From contig NC_014729.1 in NCBI RefSeq assembly GCF_000172995.2, positions 750,001-782,000 of the forward strand: a stretch of DNA of 32,000 nt, read 5' to 3'. Shown piece by piece: positions 23,901-32,000 of this stretch (its first letter is position 1; each line of letters opens with the position of its first letter). This DNA is from Halogeometricum borinquense DSM 11551. Its GTDB lineage: Archaea; Halobacteriota; Halobacteria; Halobacteriales; Haloferacaceae. Both the position numbers and the translations under genes were made by a program. The notes below the pieces were generated by a model that ran no database searches, was not told where the DNA came from, and worked only from the letters and a program-made list of their open reading frames with translations.

Positions 23901-25784
23901 CGAGTTGGCGTTCCCGAGGTCGTCCGTCGCTTCGACGGTGAGACTGTAGTTGCCGTCGCCCGCGGCGTTGGTCCCGTTAACCGTGAACGACGTCTCGTAG
24001 GTGTCGCCGCCGACGTTCGAGAGCGTCTCGGTTCCGACGCCGAAATCTGATGCGTCCGTCGTCACTGCGGTGATTCCAGTCGTGTCCGTCACCGTCGCGG
24101 AGACAACGACTGTGTCGCCGTCGCGGACGACGCTCATGCCGCCGCTCCCGTTTCTGAGCGTCAGCGATGAGAGACTTGGACCGCTCGTATCAACGCTGAG
24201 CGTCCCTGTCTCTGTCGAGGCGGTGTTTCCCTCGTCGTCTGTCGCCGTCACCGAGGCGAGTTGGTCTCCCTCGGTCGGCGACTGACCGACCGCCGTCGTC
24301 AGGTTCCACGTGGACCCATCGGACGAGGTGAGTGAGACGGAACTCCCCAGATCGAACGCCGAGAGATCGGCCGTGACCGACTGCACACCGCTCGTGTCGT
24401 CGGACACTGTCGCTTCGACGGTTATCTCGTCTCCGTCGGTCACGTTCCCGTCGGCGTCTCCGTCAGTGAGTGAGAGAGGACTAATATCCGGCCCGGTCGT
24501 ATCCACAACGACTGTTTCGGATTCACTGCTTGCACCGTCTTTTCCGGTTCCGTCCGCGGCTTCATCGAGCGTGAACGTGTACGTCCCGTCGGTCGGCGCG
24601 TTGTACGTCGCCTCGTACGTGTACGGGGCCGACCCATCGGCCGTCGAGAACGCTGCCTCCGTAACTGTCGTCGAATCCGCTCCCGAGACGCTCACCGTGA
24701 TGTTCCCGAGCGTTTCGTCGCTGTCGAACGAGAGGCCGACCGACTGCCCCGAGGAGTTATCGACCGCAAACGATGTGATATTAGGATCCGTGTTCAGTGT
24801 CAGCGTCTCGACGGTCGTCTGATTCACGTTTCCGGCCGCGTCGCGTACGCGGACAGTTACCGGGTAGTCACCGTCGGTCGTCCCTCCTTCCGAGACGGTT
24901 ATCGTGGCGTTGTACACGCTTGATTCCGTTTCGTTCGTCAGCGATTCCGACGTACCTGCACCGAAATCCGAGAGGTCGGCCGTCACTGACTCTATCGCCG
25001 TCGTCGCGTCCGCCACATCTACCTCAACAGTCACTGTCTCGCCAGCATCGACGGTCCCGTCGTCGCCTGCTTCGGAGAGCGTCGTTGACGAGTACGTGGG
25101 CGCATTCGTGTCGAGACGAAGTGACGGCGAGTCGGTCCGATTGGTGTTACTCTGATTGTCGGCGGCGACGATGGTAACGTTCGTCTCCCCGTCAGCGGGA
25201 ACGCTTCCGCCGACGGTGAACGTCGCCGCGTAGGTGTCACCGTTCGTGAGAGAGAGCGAAACGGTTCCAGCACCGAAGTCAGACGCGTCGGCTTCGACAG
25301 ACTGCACGCTCGCTGTCGCGTCTACGACGTCGGCCCTGACGCGGACGGTGTCGTCCGAGGCGACGATTCCGTCTCCGTCCGAATCGTCCAGCAACTGCAC
25401 GTTCGTCACCGACGGTTCGGTGGTGTCTACGTACGCGCTATCGTTCAGTGAACTCTCTTTGACGAACTCGCCGGTGTAGTAGCCGTCACGACTCACGTTC
25501 GTCGTCGTCTCGTAGTGATACCCGCCGGAGATATTGGTTTCAGTGAACGTGTCGGCACCCAACACCTGATCGGAATCACCGTTTCGGTAGAGTAAAATAT
25601 CGAAGTCAGACAGTTGCTGTGTCGAGTCGAACGAGACGGTCAAGTTCTGCCCCTCAGGGTTCGAGATAGTGAAGTTTGATTGCTCCCCGCTGGCCGCCTC
25701 TGCGACTCCCGGACCGACTGCCGCCGCGGCCGCCAAAATCATGACTGCAACTGTGACGAGAGTAACGGAGACCCCTCGCGTCAC
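20964..25784 (-). CDS. Giant (1606 aa) repeat-built cell-surface glycoprotein/adhesin with PGF-pre-PGF, CARDB-like and PGF-CTERM domains
   Basis: It has a signal peptide (MTRGVSVTLVTVAVMILAAAAAVGPGVAEA). It contains nine modules of about 105 aa starting DTxxP and three modules of a second type. A Gly9 run follows. The PGF-pre-PGF-like block is VGYLQVDH...YRYHDGTWTEL...TPGLSTFAVG. The C-terminus has a TPT-rich linker and GVPGFGPLAAILSLFVVVTLAWRRS. NxS/T sequons are numerous. Confidence 0.9.
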   Translation of the reverse strand: MTRGVSVTLVTVAVMILAAAAAVGPGVAEAASGEQSNFTISNPEGQNLTVSFDSTQQLSDFDILLYRNGDSDQVLGADTFTETNISGGYHYETTTNVSRDGYYTGEFVKESSLNDSAYVDTTEPSVTNVQLLDDSDGDGIVASDDTVRVRADVVDATASVQSVEADASDFGAGTVSLSLTNGDTYAATFTVGGSVPADGETNVTIVAADNQSNTNRTDSPSLRLDTNAPTYSSTTLSEAGDDGTVDAGETVTVEVDVADATTAIESVTADLSDFGAGTSESLTNETESSVYNATITVSEGGTTDGDYPVTVRVRDAAGNVNQTTVETLTLNTDPNITSFAVDNSSGQSVGLSFDSDETLGNITVSVSGADSTTVTEAAFSTADGSAPYTYEATYNAPTDGTYTFTLDEAADGTGKDGASSESETVVVDTTGPDISPLSLTDGDADGNVTDGDEITVEATVSDDTSGVQSVTADLSAFDLGSSVSLTSSDGSTWNLTTAVGQSPTEGDQLASVTATDDEGNTASTETGTLSVDTSGPSLSSLTLRNGSGGMSVVRDGDTVVVSATVTDTTGITAVTTDASDFGVGTETLSNVGGDTYETSFTVNGTNAAGDGNYSLTVEATDDLGNANSATTNELTQDVNPPTLSAGSLTGTDGDGVVADEETVTVELTVTDATTVDTVTADATELGGGSAVSLSQVGSSDVYNGTFVVDASGVADGEHSVSVEAADSQGKTNQTTVGTLTLDTVTPSTSGLSLSDSDADSYVAGGEDLTVSVTPDGTGSEVRTVEADLSAFGAGTVTLADGDSDGTWDVTVSVDAANADPDGSHGGSVTVSDEAGQTSVVTTETLTLDTAKPTLSSVGVTDDADGDSIVADGESVTVSATATDSTAGVQSVTADLSAFGAGVVTLTDTGGDWSKTVTVNGANADPDGDYSVAVDVTDGAGNVRSGTTGSLTLDTTGPTVSSPTLTDETGDGVLTDGENVTVEATATDANGVATVTTDLSAIGAGTVTLTDGDDDGTWNATVAVDESNASADGSVSAPIQASDDRGTVGSGTTGSLTLDTTGPSVTGLTFTDATDGDGVVAPGDQIDISATVSDAAGIGSVTVDGSAFGSGSAVSIADGDSDGTYTATLTVDFDATAADGDRSVPVTTTDTVGNKRSAQTGTLTLDTPPTVSNFSVSAGSDSSVDIAFDASETLNDVNVTLTGSANATLDETDFSVSGTSYETSHAVGSNGSVTVTLARLADANGNDGASGQSATISLNGSRSDANGGGGGGGGGGDEEQIVVIEPDPESETDANDSEPPRANVSVERTGRNGSSVRVESAQPSSLVDLPLNTTSESKNVSLDTLSIASQNETYSVQATVHDDAPNATIDANVTSPNEQTVGYLQVDHSVSDRDIDYAVFRFGVHEERLHERNVSPDQVALYRYHDGTWTELNAILVEKREETYVYNADTPGLSTFAVGRESGGRVAVTNASVGERRIRPGETVTVSAGVTNDGTRAATGYVSLAVDNATTDTRRVTLGAGDSETERFTVQFDEVGTYNLSVGNQTAGTVGVTEPTPTERPTPTATQTPTATPTATPTETETGVPGFGPLAAILSLFVVVTLAWRRS
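22301..25427 (-). repeat. Array of diverged modules of about 315 bp (Ig-like repeats) within the giant surface protein gene
   Basis: The consensus DT(T/S)GP(S/T)xSxxxLTDxxGDGxVxxGExVTVxAxVxDxxxGVxSVTADLSAFGAGxVTL...GxxxTGxLTL recurs nine times. Coordinates were derived from amino-acid positions and are approximate. Confidence 0.8.
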
Positions 25785-25976
25785 GAACGAATCCGCCTCT
25801 TTCGCTGCCGCAGAAACCCGATACCCTGGTTCATATCAAGCCGAAAACAATGCTGTAACTAAGTGGTTTGTACTCTGTTATCAGATTTGGTTTTCAGAAA
25901 GAGTGGGGGAATGTGAGTAGATACCACCCGAACCGCACGACAGAACCGTTAACCACACCTGCGATTACAGTCGCGT

Positions 25977-26438
25977 ATGATCGATATCGAGGAGACGTAC
26001 ATCGAGAATCGAATTCTCGTCAATCCAAACGATACGAACAACTACGACATGGCTCACGGGGGGAACGTGATGAAGTGGATGGACGAGGTGGGTGCGATGT
26101 CGGCGATGCGATTTGCCGGCGAGACGTGCGTCACTGCTCGGATGGAGAGCGTGAACTTCCATCGGCCCATCCCACGCGGCGACGCGGCACTCATCGAGTC
26201 GTACGTCTACGGTGCCGGGACGACGAGCGTGAAAGTCCGCCTTCGCGTCTTTCGGGAAGACCCGCTCACGGGCGAGACGGAACTGACGACCGAATCGTAC
26301 TTCGTCTACGTCGCAATCGACGAGGACGGCGACCCGACGACGGTTCCGGAACTGGAGACGAACACCGAGTACGGACGAGACCTTCTCGAAGCCGCACTCG
26401 AAGGCGAGAAAGAGAATAACGGCCACGGCGACGATTGA
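25977..26438 (+). CDS. Acyl-CoA thioesterase (hotdog fold, YciA-like)
   Basis: VNPNDTNNYDMAHGGNVMKWMDEVGAMSA...TARMESVNFHRPIPRGD is typical of the acyl-CoA thioester hydrolase family. Confidence 0.8.
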   Translation: MIDIEETYIENRILVNPNDTNNYDMAHGGNVMKWMDEVGAMSAMRFAGETCVTARMESVNFHRPIPRGDAALIESYVYGAGTTSVKVRLRVFREDPLTGETELTTESYFVYVAIDEDGDPTTVPELETNTEYGRDLLEAALEGEKENNGHGDD

Positions 26439-26459
26439 GCGTCCGTTGTACGTCGGTGC

Positions 26460-26491
26460 CTGAAACGGGTTCTCTCTGAAACGGATTCTCT
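26460..26491 (+). repeat. Tandem 16-mer (CTGAAACGGRTTCTCT x2) upstream of the dehydrogenase gene
   Basis: The direct tandem duplication has one mismatch. It is followed by two GCCACCGC octamers and lies 54 nt upstream of the ATG at 26545. Confidence 0.6.
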
Positions 26492-26544
26492 CATCGGTTG
26501 CCACCGCACCAACCGCTTTTGCCACCGCGAACAGACCGACAGAT

Positions 26545-27477
26545 ATGACGATTCGACTCGGAATCCACCCGTCTGTCGGCCGCATCTTCCCGCCGTCGCT
26601 GCTCCAGTCGATGCTTTCCGACGCGGAGGCGACAGTGGATCTCACCAACGAGCGTCTGGATGCGAGTGAGTCCTTTAACGGTCTCGTCACGTTCGGCTAC
26701 GATCCGTCGTTTCTGGATGCCGGACTCGACTGGATACACGTCGTCCGCGCGGGATACGACGAGTTCCCGCTTGATACTCTCCGTGATCACGAGATCACGC
26801 TGAGCAACAGCACTGGAATTCACGGTGACGCCGTCAGTGAGGCTGTCGTCGGCTATCTGCTCCAGTTTGCCCGCGGTCTCCACCGCTACCGACTGCACGA
26901 ACCCGACCACGAGTGGAATCCGCCCGCGTGGGACGACACGTTCACACTCGACGGTGAATCAGTTTGCGTCGTCGGTCTCGGCACCCTCGGACGCGGTATT
27001 GCCCGCCGGGCGGACGCCCTTGGAATGTCCGTCTCGGGCGTCCGTCGTACGCCCACACCGGTAGACCACGTAGAGACGAGATACGGGCCGCAAGAACTCC
27101 TCGATGCCGTCTCGGATGTCCGGTTCGTCGTGGTCGCGGTTCCACTCACCGACCGTACCGAGGAGATGGTCGGCGCAGAGGCACTGTCGGCGATGCGCGA
27201 TGACGCCTATCTCGTCAACGTCGCCCGCGGCCCCGTCGTTGACCAGTCAGCCCTCGTGGACGCCCTCCGATCAGCGTCGATTGCGGGTGCGGCCCTCGAC
27301 GTGTTCGAGGAGGAGCCACTACCTCCCGAGTCACCGCTGTGGGAGATGGAACACGTCGTCATCACGCCCCACGCCGCAGCGGCGACTGAAGACTACCCGA
27401 ATCGAATCGCCGCGTTGGTCCGCGAAAACTCCCGTCGCCTCGCTGCAGGGGAGTCGCTGGCGAACCGCGTCGTCTGA
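26545..27477 (+). CDS. D-isomer-specific 2-hydroxyacid dehydrogenase (NAD-binding)
   Basis: It has a Rossmann motif VVGLGTLGRGIARRA, the catalytic-region motifs LVNVARG and TPHAA, and FEEEPLP. Confidence 0.85.
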   Translation: MTIRLGIHPSVGRIFPPSLLQSMLSDAEATVDLTNERLDASESFNGLVTFGYDPSFLDAGLDWIHVVRAGYDEFPLDTLRDHEITLSNSTGIHGDAVSEAVVGYLLQFARGLHRYRLHEPDHEWNPPAWDDTFTLDGESVCVVGLGTLGRGIARRADALGMSVSGVRRTPTPVDHVETRYGPQELLDAVSDVRFVVVAVPLTDRTEEMVGAEALSAMRDDAYLVNVARGPVVDQSALVDALRSASIAGAALDVFEEEPLPPESPLWEMEHVVITPHAAAATEDYPNRIAALVRENSRRLAAGESLANRVV

Positions 27478-27517
27478 GCCCACACTTCTTCTCAGTGGCT
27501 ACTGGCTCTGGTCAGGG

Positions 27518-27811
27518 TTAATCTTCGACGGTGTACCCACGCTCACGAAGTAGCTCTCGGACCCGACTCTCGTGGTCGCCTTGGATTTCGATGTGATCAT
27601 CTTTGACCGTTCCGCCGGTCCCAAGTGCGGACTTGAGATCGCTTCCGAGGTCGTCGAGATCGGTGTCCGTCTGGAATCCTTCGATGATCACCACGTGTTT
27701 TCCGTACCTGCGCTGTTCGGTCCGGGTCGTGAGTTCCTCGGTCGCACGATCCAGGTCGGTCATCGGATCGTCGGGGATGTCGAGGTCCTCGAACGGATCG
27801 TCTTCGCTCAT
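27518..27811 (-). CDS. Translation initiation factor aSUI1/eIF1
   Basis: The 97-aa product contains RRYGKHVVIIEGF...LKSALGTGGTVKDDHIEIQGDH, the SUI1 domain signature. Confidence 0.88.
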   Translation of the reverse strand: MSEDDPFEDLDIPDDPMTDLDRATEELTTRTEQRRYGKHVVIIEGFQTDTDLDDLGSDLKSALGTGGTVKDDHIEIQGDHESRVRELLRERGYTVED

Positions 27812-27987
27812 TGTCTGTACTGAATTTTGTGACCGAGCCGTAAGAGTATGTTCAGCGTACCGGTAGCGTCTACGGCGCTATTGCTGGCAGTCCCCCGATT
27901 TGCTATCGCAGTATGCAATATATTGATTGGTTACGACGCCACCTCGGAACCAGTATCTTCAACTTCGACCCCTGCAGAACCTCCCGT

Positions 27988-28152
27988 ATGAGCCTGGAGA
28001 TGGAGTACGATTGCCCCGAATGCGACAGTACGAAGTTCTGGAAGACGGCCTACATGGAGATTCACCTCGGGAAGAAAACGAAGTGGCAGTGCAGCGACTG
28101 CGGCTACGGATTTATCCAGATTAACGACGACATTACCACGGCCGAGGCCTAA
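27988..28152 (+). CDS. Small zinc-ribbon protein (54 aa, CPxC...CxxC)
   Basis: The sequence is MSLEMEYDCPECDSTKFWKTAYMEIHLGKKTKWQCSDCGYGFIQINDDITTAEA. The longer ORF from 27913 adds a basic, non-halophilic-looking leader. Confidence 0.5.
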   Translation: MSLEMEYDCPECDSTKFWKTAYMEIHLGKKTKWQCSDCGYGFIQINDDITTAEA

Positions 28153-28207
28153 CGTTTCGCGGCTACACTTCGTTCTTGACGTATCGTACTCCCAGCGGAC
28201 GCGCCCG

Positions 28208-28214
28208 AAAAAAA
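28208..28214 (-). terminator. Oligo-T (T7) terminator of the gcv operon
   Basis: An A7 run on the plus strand, which is T7 on the minus strand, begins 12 nt after the gcvPB stop. Confidence 0.5.
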
Positions 28215-28225
28215 CGCAGGTCAGG

Positions 28226-29641
28226 TTACTCTTCGTCCAGTGCGTGCCACGATAGTCGCGGTTCGCGCGCGGCACTCACCTGATCGATGCGCCGGGCGGT
28301 CGTCCGCGACGGCGCGTTCTCCAACTCCTCGTCGGAGTCGGCCATGGCGGCGTTGAACGCGTGCGCTAAGTCGTCAAGCGAGTCCCGATTCTCGATTTCG
28401 GTCGGTTCGGTGAGCATCGCCTCAGGCACGAACTCGGGCCACTTCGTCGTCGGCGGGTGAACGCCGTAGTCGAGCATCCGCTTTGCGACGTCGGCGGCGT
28501 CTTTGTCGCCCGCCGTCGCGGCGAATTCGTGGTGGAACGGACTGTACGGCACCTCGTAGTCCAGTTGCTCTGCGAGATAGTTCGCGTTCAGCACGGCCTT
28601 CGCGGAGGCATCTGCGAGACCAGCGTCACCGAGTCGCGCGATGTAGGCGTAGGCCTTCACGAGAACGAGCCAGTTGCCCATGTACCCGTGGACCTTGCCA
28701 ATCGTCTCCTCGGGGTCGAACAGTTCGTAGTTACCGCCCGACTCGCGGACGCGCGGACTCGGAAGGAACGGTGCCAACTCCTCGACGACACCGACCGGGC
28801 CGGCACCGGGGCCGCCGCCGCCGTGTGGCGTGGCGAACGTCTTGTGGACGTTGTAGTGCATAATGTCGAAGCCCATGTCGCCGGGGCGTCCCCGACCGAG
28901 CAGGGCGTTGAGGTTCGCGCCGTCGTAGTAGAGAAGACCGCCTACGTCGTGGACCATTTCCGCGATTTCGACGATATCCCGCTCGAACAGGCCCACGGTG
29001 TTCGGATTCGTGAGCATCAACGCGGCGGTGTCCTCGGAGAGGGCCGCATCCAACGCGTCCATGTCCACGCGGCCGTCCTCGCCGGACGGGAGTTCGACAA
29101 CGTCGTATCCGGCCATCGCGGCCGAAGCGAAGTTCGTTCCGTGCGCGGAGGCGGGGATGACGACTTCGCTGCGGTCGTTGCCCTGCGACTCGTGGTACGC
29201 CTTCGCCACGAGGATGCCCGCGAACTCACCTGCGGCACCGGCGGGCGGTTGGAGCGTCACGGCGTCCATTCCGCCGATCCGACCGAGGTAGTCCTGCAGA
29301 TCGTACAGGAGTTCGAGCGTCCCCTGCGAACTCTCGACGGAGCGGTCGGGGTGGACTGCCGCGTTCGGATCGGCCGCAACGTCCTCGGTGAACGAAGGAT
29401 TGTACTTCATCGTACAGGACCCGAGGGGGTACGGCCCACTCTCGACGCTCCAGTTCATCTGCGAGAGGCGCGTGTAGTGGCGGGCAAGTTCAGGTTCCGA
29501 CAGGTCGGGCAGTTCCACCGAATCACGCGTCAAGTCGTCGGGAAGCGGCGAGTCATCGATCTCGACGCGCGTCGAGTTCTTCTCCGCGAGGAGCGGTTCG
29601 TACTGGTCCTCGCGTGCGTATCGGGCTTGGTCGTAGTTCAT
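28226..29641 (-). CDS. gcvPB: Glycine dehydrogenase (decarboxylating) subunit 2
   Basis: The sequence contains MKYNP, HGTNFASA, the PLP-lysine context HYNVHKTFATPHGGGGPG, and a 471-aa length. It shares one nucleotide with the gcvPA stop (TAATG). Confidence 0.93.
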   Translation of the reverse strand: MNYDQARYAREDQYEPLLAEKNSTRVEIDDSPLPDDLTRDSVELPDLSEPELARHYTRLSQMNWSVESGPYPLGSCTMKYNPSFTEDVAADPNAAVHPDRSVESSQGTLELLYDLQDYLGRIGGMDAVTLQPPAGAAGEFAGILVAKAYHESQGNDRSEVVIPASAHGTNFASAAMAGYDVVELPSGEDGRVDMDALDAALSEDTAALMLTNPNTVGLFERDIVEIAEMVHDVGGLLYYDGANLNALLGRGRPGDMGFDIMHYNVHKTFATPHGGGGPGAGPVGVVEELAPFLPSPRVRESGGNYELFDPEETIGKVHGYMGNWLVLVKAYAYIARLGDAGLADASAKAVLNANYLAEQLDYEVPYSPFHHEFAATAGDKDAADVAKRMLDYGVHPPTTKWPEFVPEAMLTEPTEIENRDSLDDLAHAFNAAMADSDEELENAPSRTTARRIDQVSAAREPRLSWHALDEE

Positions 29642-30963
29642 TAGAGTACCTCCTCGAACGCCGCGACCAACTCATCGGCTTTCGGCGCGTTCAGGTCGGT
29701 GATACACACTTGCAGTTCGTGTTCTCCGACGACGTGGACGGCGAATCCCTCGGCTTCGAGGTCCGAGGCGATAGCCTGTGCTGGCTGGTCGGTGTGGGCG
29801 ACGAACTCGCGGAAGTGGTGTCTGTCGTGGACGGGTGCCTTGATCCCGCGTAGCTCCGTCAGATCCGACGCGAGCGATGCTGCGTCGGTGACACACTGCT
29901 TTGCCAAGTCGGTGAGTCCGTCGGGACCGAGGTAGGCGGCGTGCATTGCCGCCCGAAGCGCGACCCACGCCTGATTCGTACAGATATTCGACGTCGCTCG
30001 TTCCTTGCGGATGTGCTGTTCACGCGTCTGCAACGTCAGCGTGTAGGCGCGCTTCCCACCGGCATCTTCGCTCGCGCCGACGAGACGACCCGGAACCTGC
30101 CGTAAGAACGATTCACGCGTTGCGAACAGGCCGAGACCCATTCCGTAGGCTGTCGGCATTCCGAGCGCGTCCGCTTCGCCGACGACGATGTCGGCACCGA
30201 CGCTCGCCGGTTCTTCCAACAGGGCGAGCGCAACGGTGTCCGTACCGAGGCAGAACAGCGCGCCCGCGTCGTCGGCAACGTCGCCGATATCCGAGAGATG
30301 TTCTTCGATAGTGCCGCGAACCGTCGGATTCTCGGCGTACACCATCGCGGTATCCTCGTCCGCGAGTTCGGCCACTGCGTCGAGATCGACGTTACCGTCG
30401 TCCATCGGATACGTCTCGACGGTGAGGTCCGTTCCAGCGACGTAGTTGTCGAGGACGCTCCGTTTGCCCTCGTGCAGAATCTCGGGGACGAGGATTTGAG
30501 TTCCGGAGACGCGGCGAACGCGCCCGGCGAGTCGCGCCGCCTCGGCGAGTGCCGTCGCGGCGTCGTACATCGAGCAGTTTGCCACCGGTAGGCCGGTGAG
30601 TTCGACCAGTATCGACTGGTACTCGAACAGCGCTTGCAGGAACCCCTGCGTGATCTCGGGTTGGTACTGCGTGTACGAGGTCAGAAACTCAGACCGGCGC
30701 GTGATGTCGTCAACCAGCGACGGGATGTAGTGGCTGTGGTGGCCGCGTCCGAGGAACTCGGTGAGGTCTTGGTTTTTCTTGAACGTGGTCGCCAGTTCGC
30801 TCCGGATGTCGCGTTCCGAACGTGCTTCGATGCCGAACTCGCCGTCGAACCGAACGTCTTCCGGGATGTCGAACAGAGACTCTTCGTCTTCGACGCCGAC
30901 GGCGTCCAGCATCGCGGCGGTCTCTTCGTCCGTGTGGGGTGCGTAGGGGCTTCCGCGTGTCAT
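29641..30963 (-). CDS. gcvPA: Glycine dehydrogenase (decarboxylating) subunit 1
   Basis: [20 protein letters not shown]...[16 protein letters not shown]...YQPEITQG...[19 protein letters not shown] matches the family. The ATG at 30963 overlaps the gcvH stop (ATGA). The track start at 31044 would overlap gcvH. Confidence 0.92.
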   Translation of the reverse strand: MTRGSPYAPHTDEETAAMLDAVGVEDEESLFDIPEDVRFDGEFGIEARSERDIRSELATTFKKNQDLTEFLGRGHHSHYIPSLVDDITRRSEFLTSYTQYQPEITQGFLQALFEYQSILVELTGLPVANCSMYDAATALAEAARLAGRVRRVSGTQILVPEILHEGKRSVLDNYVAGTDLTVETYPMDDGNVDLDAVAELADEDTAMVYAENPTVRGTIEEHLSDIGDVADDAGALFCLGTDTVALALLEEPASVGADIVVGEADALGMPTAYGMGLGLFATRESFLRQVPGRLVGASEDAGGKRAYTLTLQTREQHIRKERATSNICTNQAWVALRAAMHAAYLGPDGLTDLAKQCVTDAASLASDLTELRGIKAPVHDRHHFREFVAHTDQPAQAIASDLEAEGFAVHVVGEHELQVCITDLNAPKADELVAAFEEVL

Positions 30964-31340
30964 TCGGTCTGGTCGCGGTACTCCTCCGGCGAGAGCAGTT
31001 CGTCGAACGCTCCTTCGTCGGATACTTCGACTTTGAGCATCCACCCGTCACCGTACGGGTCCTCGTTGACGAGTTCGGGCCGGTCGAACAGGTCCTCGTT
31101 GACATCGACGACGGTGCCCGAGACAGGGGCGTAGAGGTCGGAGACGGCTTTGATGGATTCGACGACGCCGAACTCCTCGCCTTGCGTCAGTTCGTCGCCC
31201 TCGTCGGGAAGTTCGACGAAGACGACATCGCCCAGCTCGTCCTGTGCGAAGTCGGTGATACCGATGGTGGCGACGTCGCCGTCGGTGGTTGCGTACTCGT
31301 GCGATTCCAGGTAGTTGCTGTTTTCGGGTACTTCGAACAT
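30960..31340 (-). CDS. gcvH: Glycine cleavage system H protein
   Basis: The 126-aa product has the lipoyl-lysine motif [16 protein letters not shown] and the tail [10 protein letters not shown]. Confidence 0.93.
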   Translation of the reverse strand: MFEVPENSNYLESHEYATTDGDVATIGITDFAQDELGDVVFVELPDEGDELTQGEEFGVVESIKAVSDLYAPVSGTVVDVNEDLFDRPELVNEDPYGDGWMLKVEVSDEGAFDELLSPEEYRDQTE

Positions 31341-32000
31341 TTATTTGTCCTCTAAGAACGGTGTGCTGACGACTTTCGCGCGTTTCTCCTGTCCGCGGAC
31401 GACCACGCTGAGGGTCGTTCCGGGGTCGGCGTGTTCGACGGGAACGTAGCCGAGTGCGATGGGTTCACCCAACGTCGGACTCATCGTTCCGCTGGTGACG
31501 TGTCCGACGACGTGGTTGTCTGCATCTACGATATCGTATCCGTGGCGCGGGACGCCGCGGTCGAGCAGTTTCAGGCCGACGAACTTCTCTTCGACACCCT
31601 CCTCGTCGATCCCTTCGAGCGCGTCGCGGCCGACGAACTCAGTATCGAGTTTGACGGTGAAACCGACGCCCGCCTCGTAGGGATTTCGCGGTTCCGACTC
31701 GGGGTCGAAGTCCTCGCCGGAGAGGAGAAAGCCCATCTCCATCCGGAGTGTATCCCGCGCGCCGAGACCACACGGCTGACTCTCGTGGTCCTCGACAAAC
31801 GCGTTCCAGACCGTCTCAGCTTCCTCAACCGGGCAAAGGATCTCGAAGCCGTCCTCCCCGGTGTATCCGGTGCGGGCGACCCACGACCGGACGCCGACGA
31901 CATCCTCGTACGTCGCCTCGAACTTCGAGAGCGACCCAACGTCACCGTCTGCGGCCGCGACTACGGCATCTTTCGCATCGGGGCCTTGCACGGCGAACAT
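31341..32000 (-). CDS. gcvT: Aminomethyltransferase, glycine cleavage T protein (N-terminal part outside window)
   Basis: TGYTGEDGFEI, GLGARDTLRMEMGF and GHVTSGTMSPTLGEPIALGYV are GcvT motifs. The frame is open to the window edge, and the stop abuts the gcvH start. Confidence 0.92.
   Translation of the reverse strand: MFAVQGPDAKDAVVAAADGDVGSLSKFEATYEDVVGVRSWVARTGYTGEDGFEILCPVEEAETVWNAFVEDHESQPCGLGARDTLRMEMGFLLSGEDFDPESEPRNPYEAGVGFTVKLDTEFVGRDALEGIDEEGVEEKFVGLKLLDRGVPRHGYDIVDADNHVVGHVTSGTMSPTLGEPIALGYVPVEHADPGTTLSVVVRGQEKRAKVVSTPFLEDK

Overview
This window looks like haloarchaeal (class Halobacteria) chromosomal DNA. The evidence is high GC content, very acidic predicted proteins, a PGF-CTERM surface protein, RadB, Cdc48, aSUI1, and TATA-like boxes about 27 nt upstream of ATG codons, which suggests leaderless transcripts.

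The core genes read, left to right:
- pstA (5' partial), pstB and phoU
- a Cdc48/VCP AAA ATPase
- larC, carrying a perfect 30-bp tandem repeat that encodes a His-rich tract
- a divergent pair made of an RNase-H-fold (YqgF/RuvX-like) gene and radB
- a 4xCBS protein fused to an HPF/RaiA-like domain
- a membrane-anchored S8 protease
- a membrane-anchored ArsR-like regulator

A more accessory-looking block follows, at about 12.8-19.4 kb. It contains:
- a secreted Thr-rich surface protein
- a GT-B glycosyltransferase ORF that runs without a stop codon into a complete Tat signal peptide and an unknown secreted domain
- an IS1341-type tnpB with no tnpA. A 45-aa ribbon-helix-helix ORF, below the ORF-track cutoff, sits divergent from it across a single shared TATA box.
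- a GT2/GT21-like membrane glycosyltransferase
- a tRNA locus with one intact tRNA-Val(CAC), an interrupted duplicate of its 3' half, and further tRNA-like debris

The remainder contains:
- about 340 nt of structured non-coding DNA
- a grx-pduO operon
- a 1606-aa repeat-built PGF-CTERM surface protein
- an acyl-CoA thioesterase
- a D-2-hydroxyacid dehydrogenase
- aSUI1
- a small zinc-ribbon protein
- the gcvT-H-PA-PB glycine cleavage operon (gcvT is truncated by the window edge)

No CRISPR array or rRNA gene is visible. The best candidates for something undescribed are:
- the RHH/TnpB divergent module and its predicted guide RNA
- the glycosyltransferase-Tat fusion
- the CBS-HPF fusion
- the tRNA-Val att-like scar
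- the non-coding region at 19.8-20.1 kb
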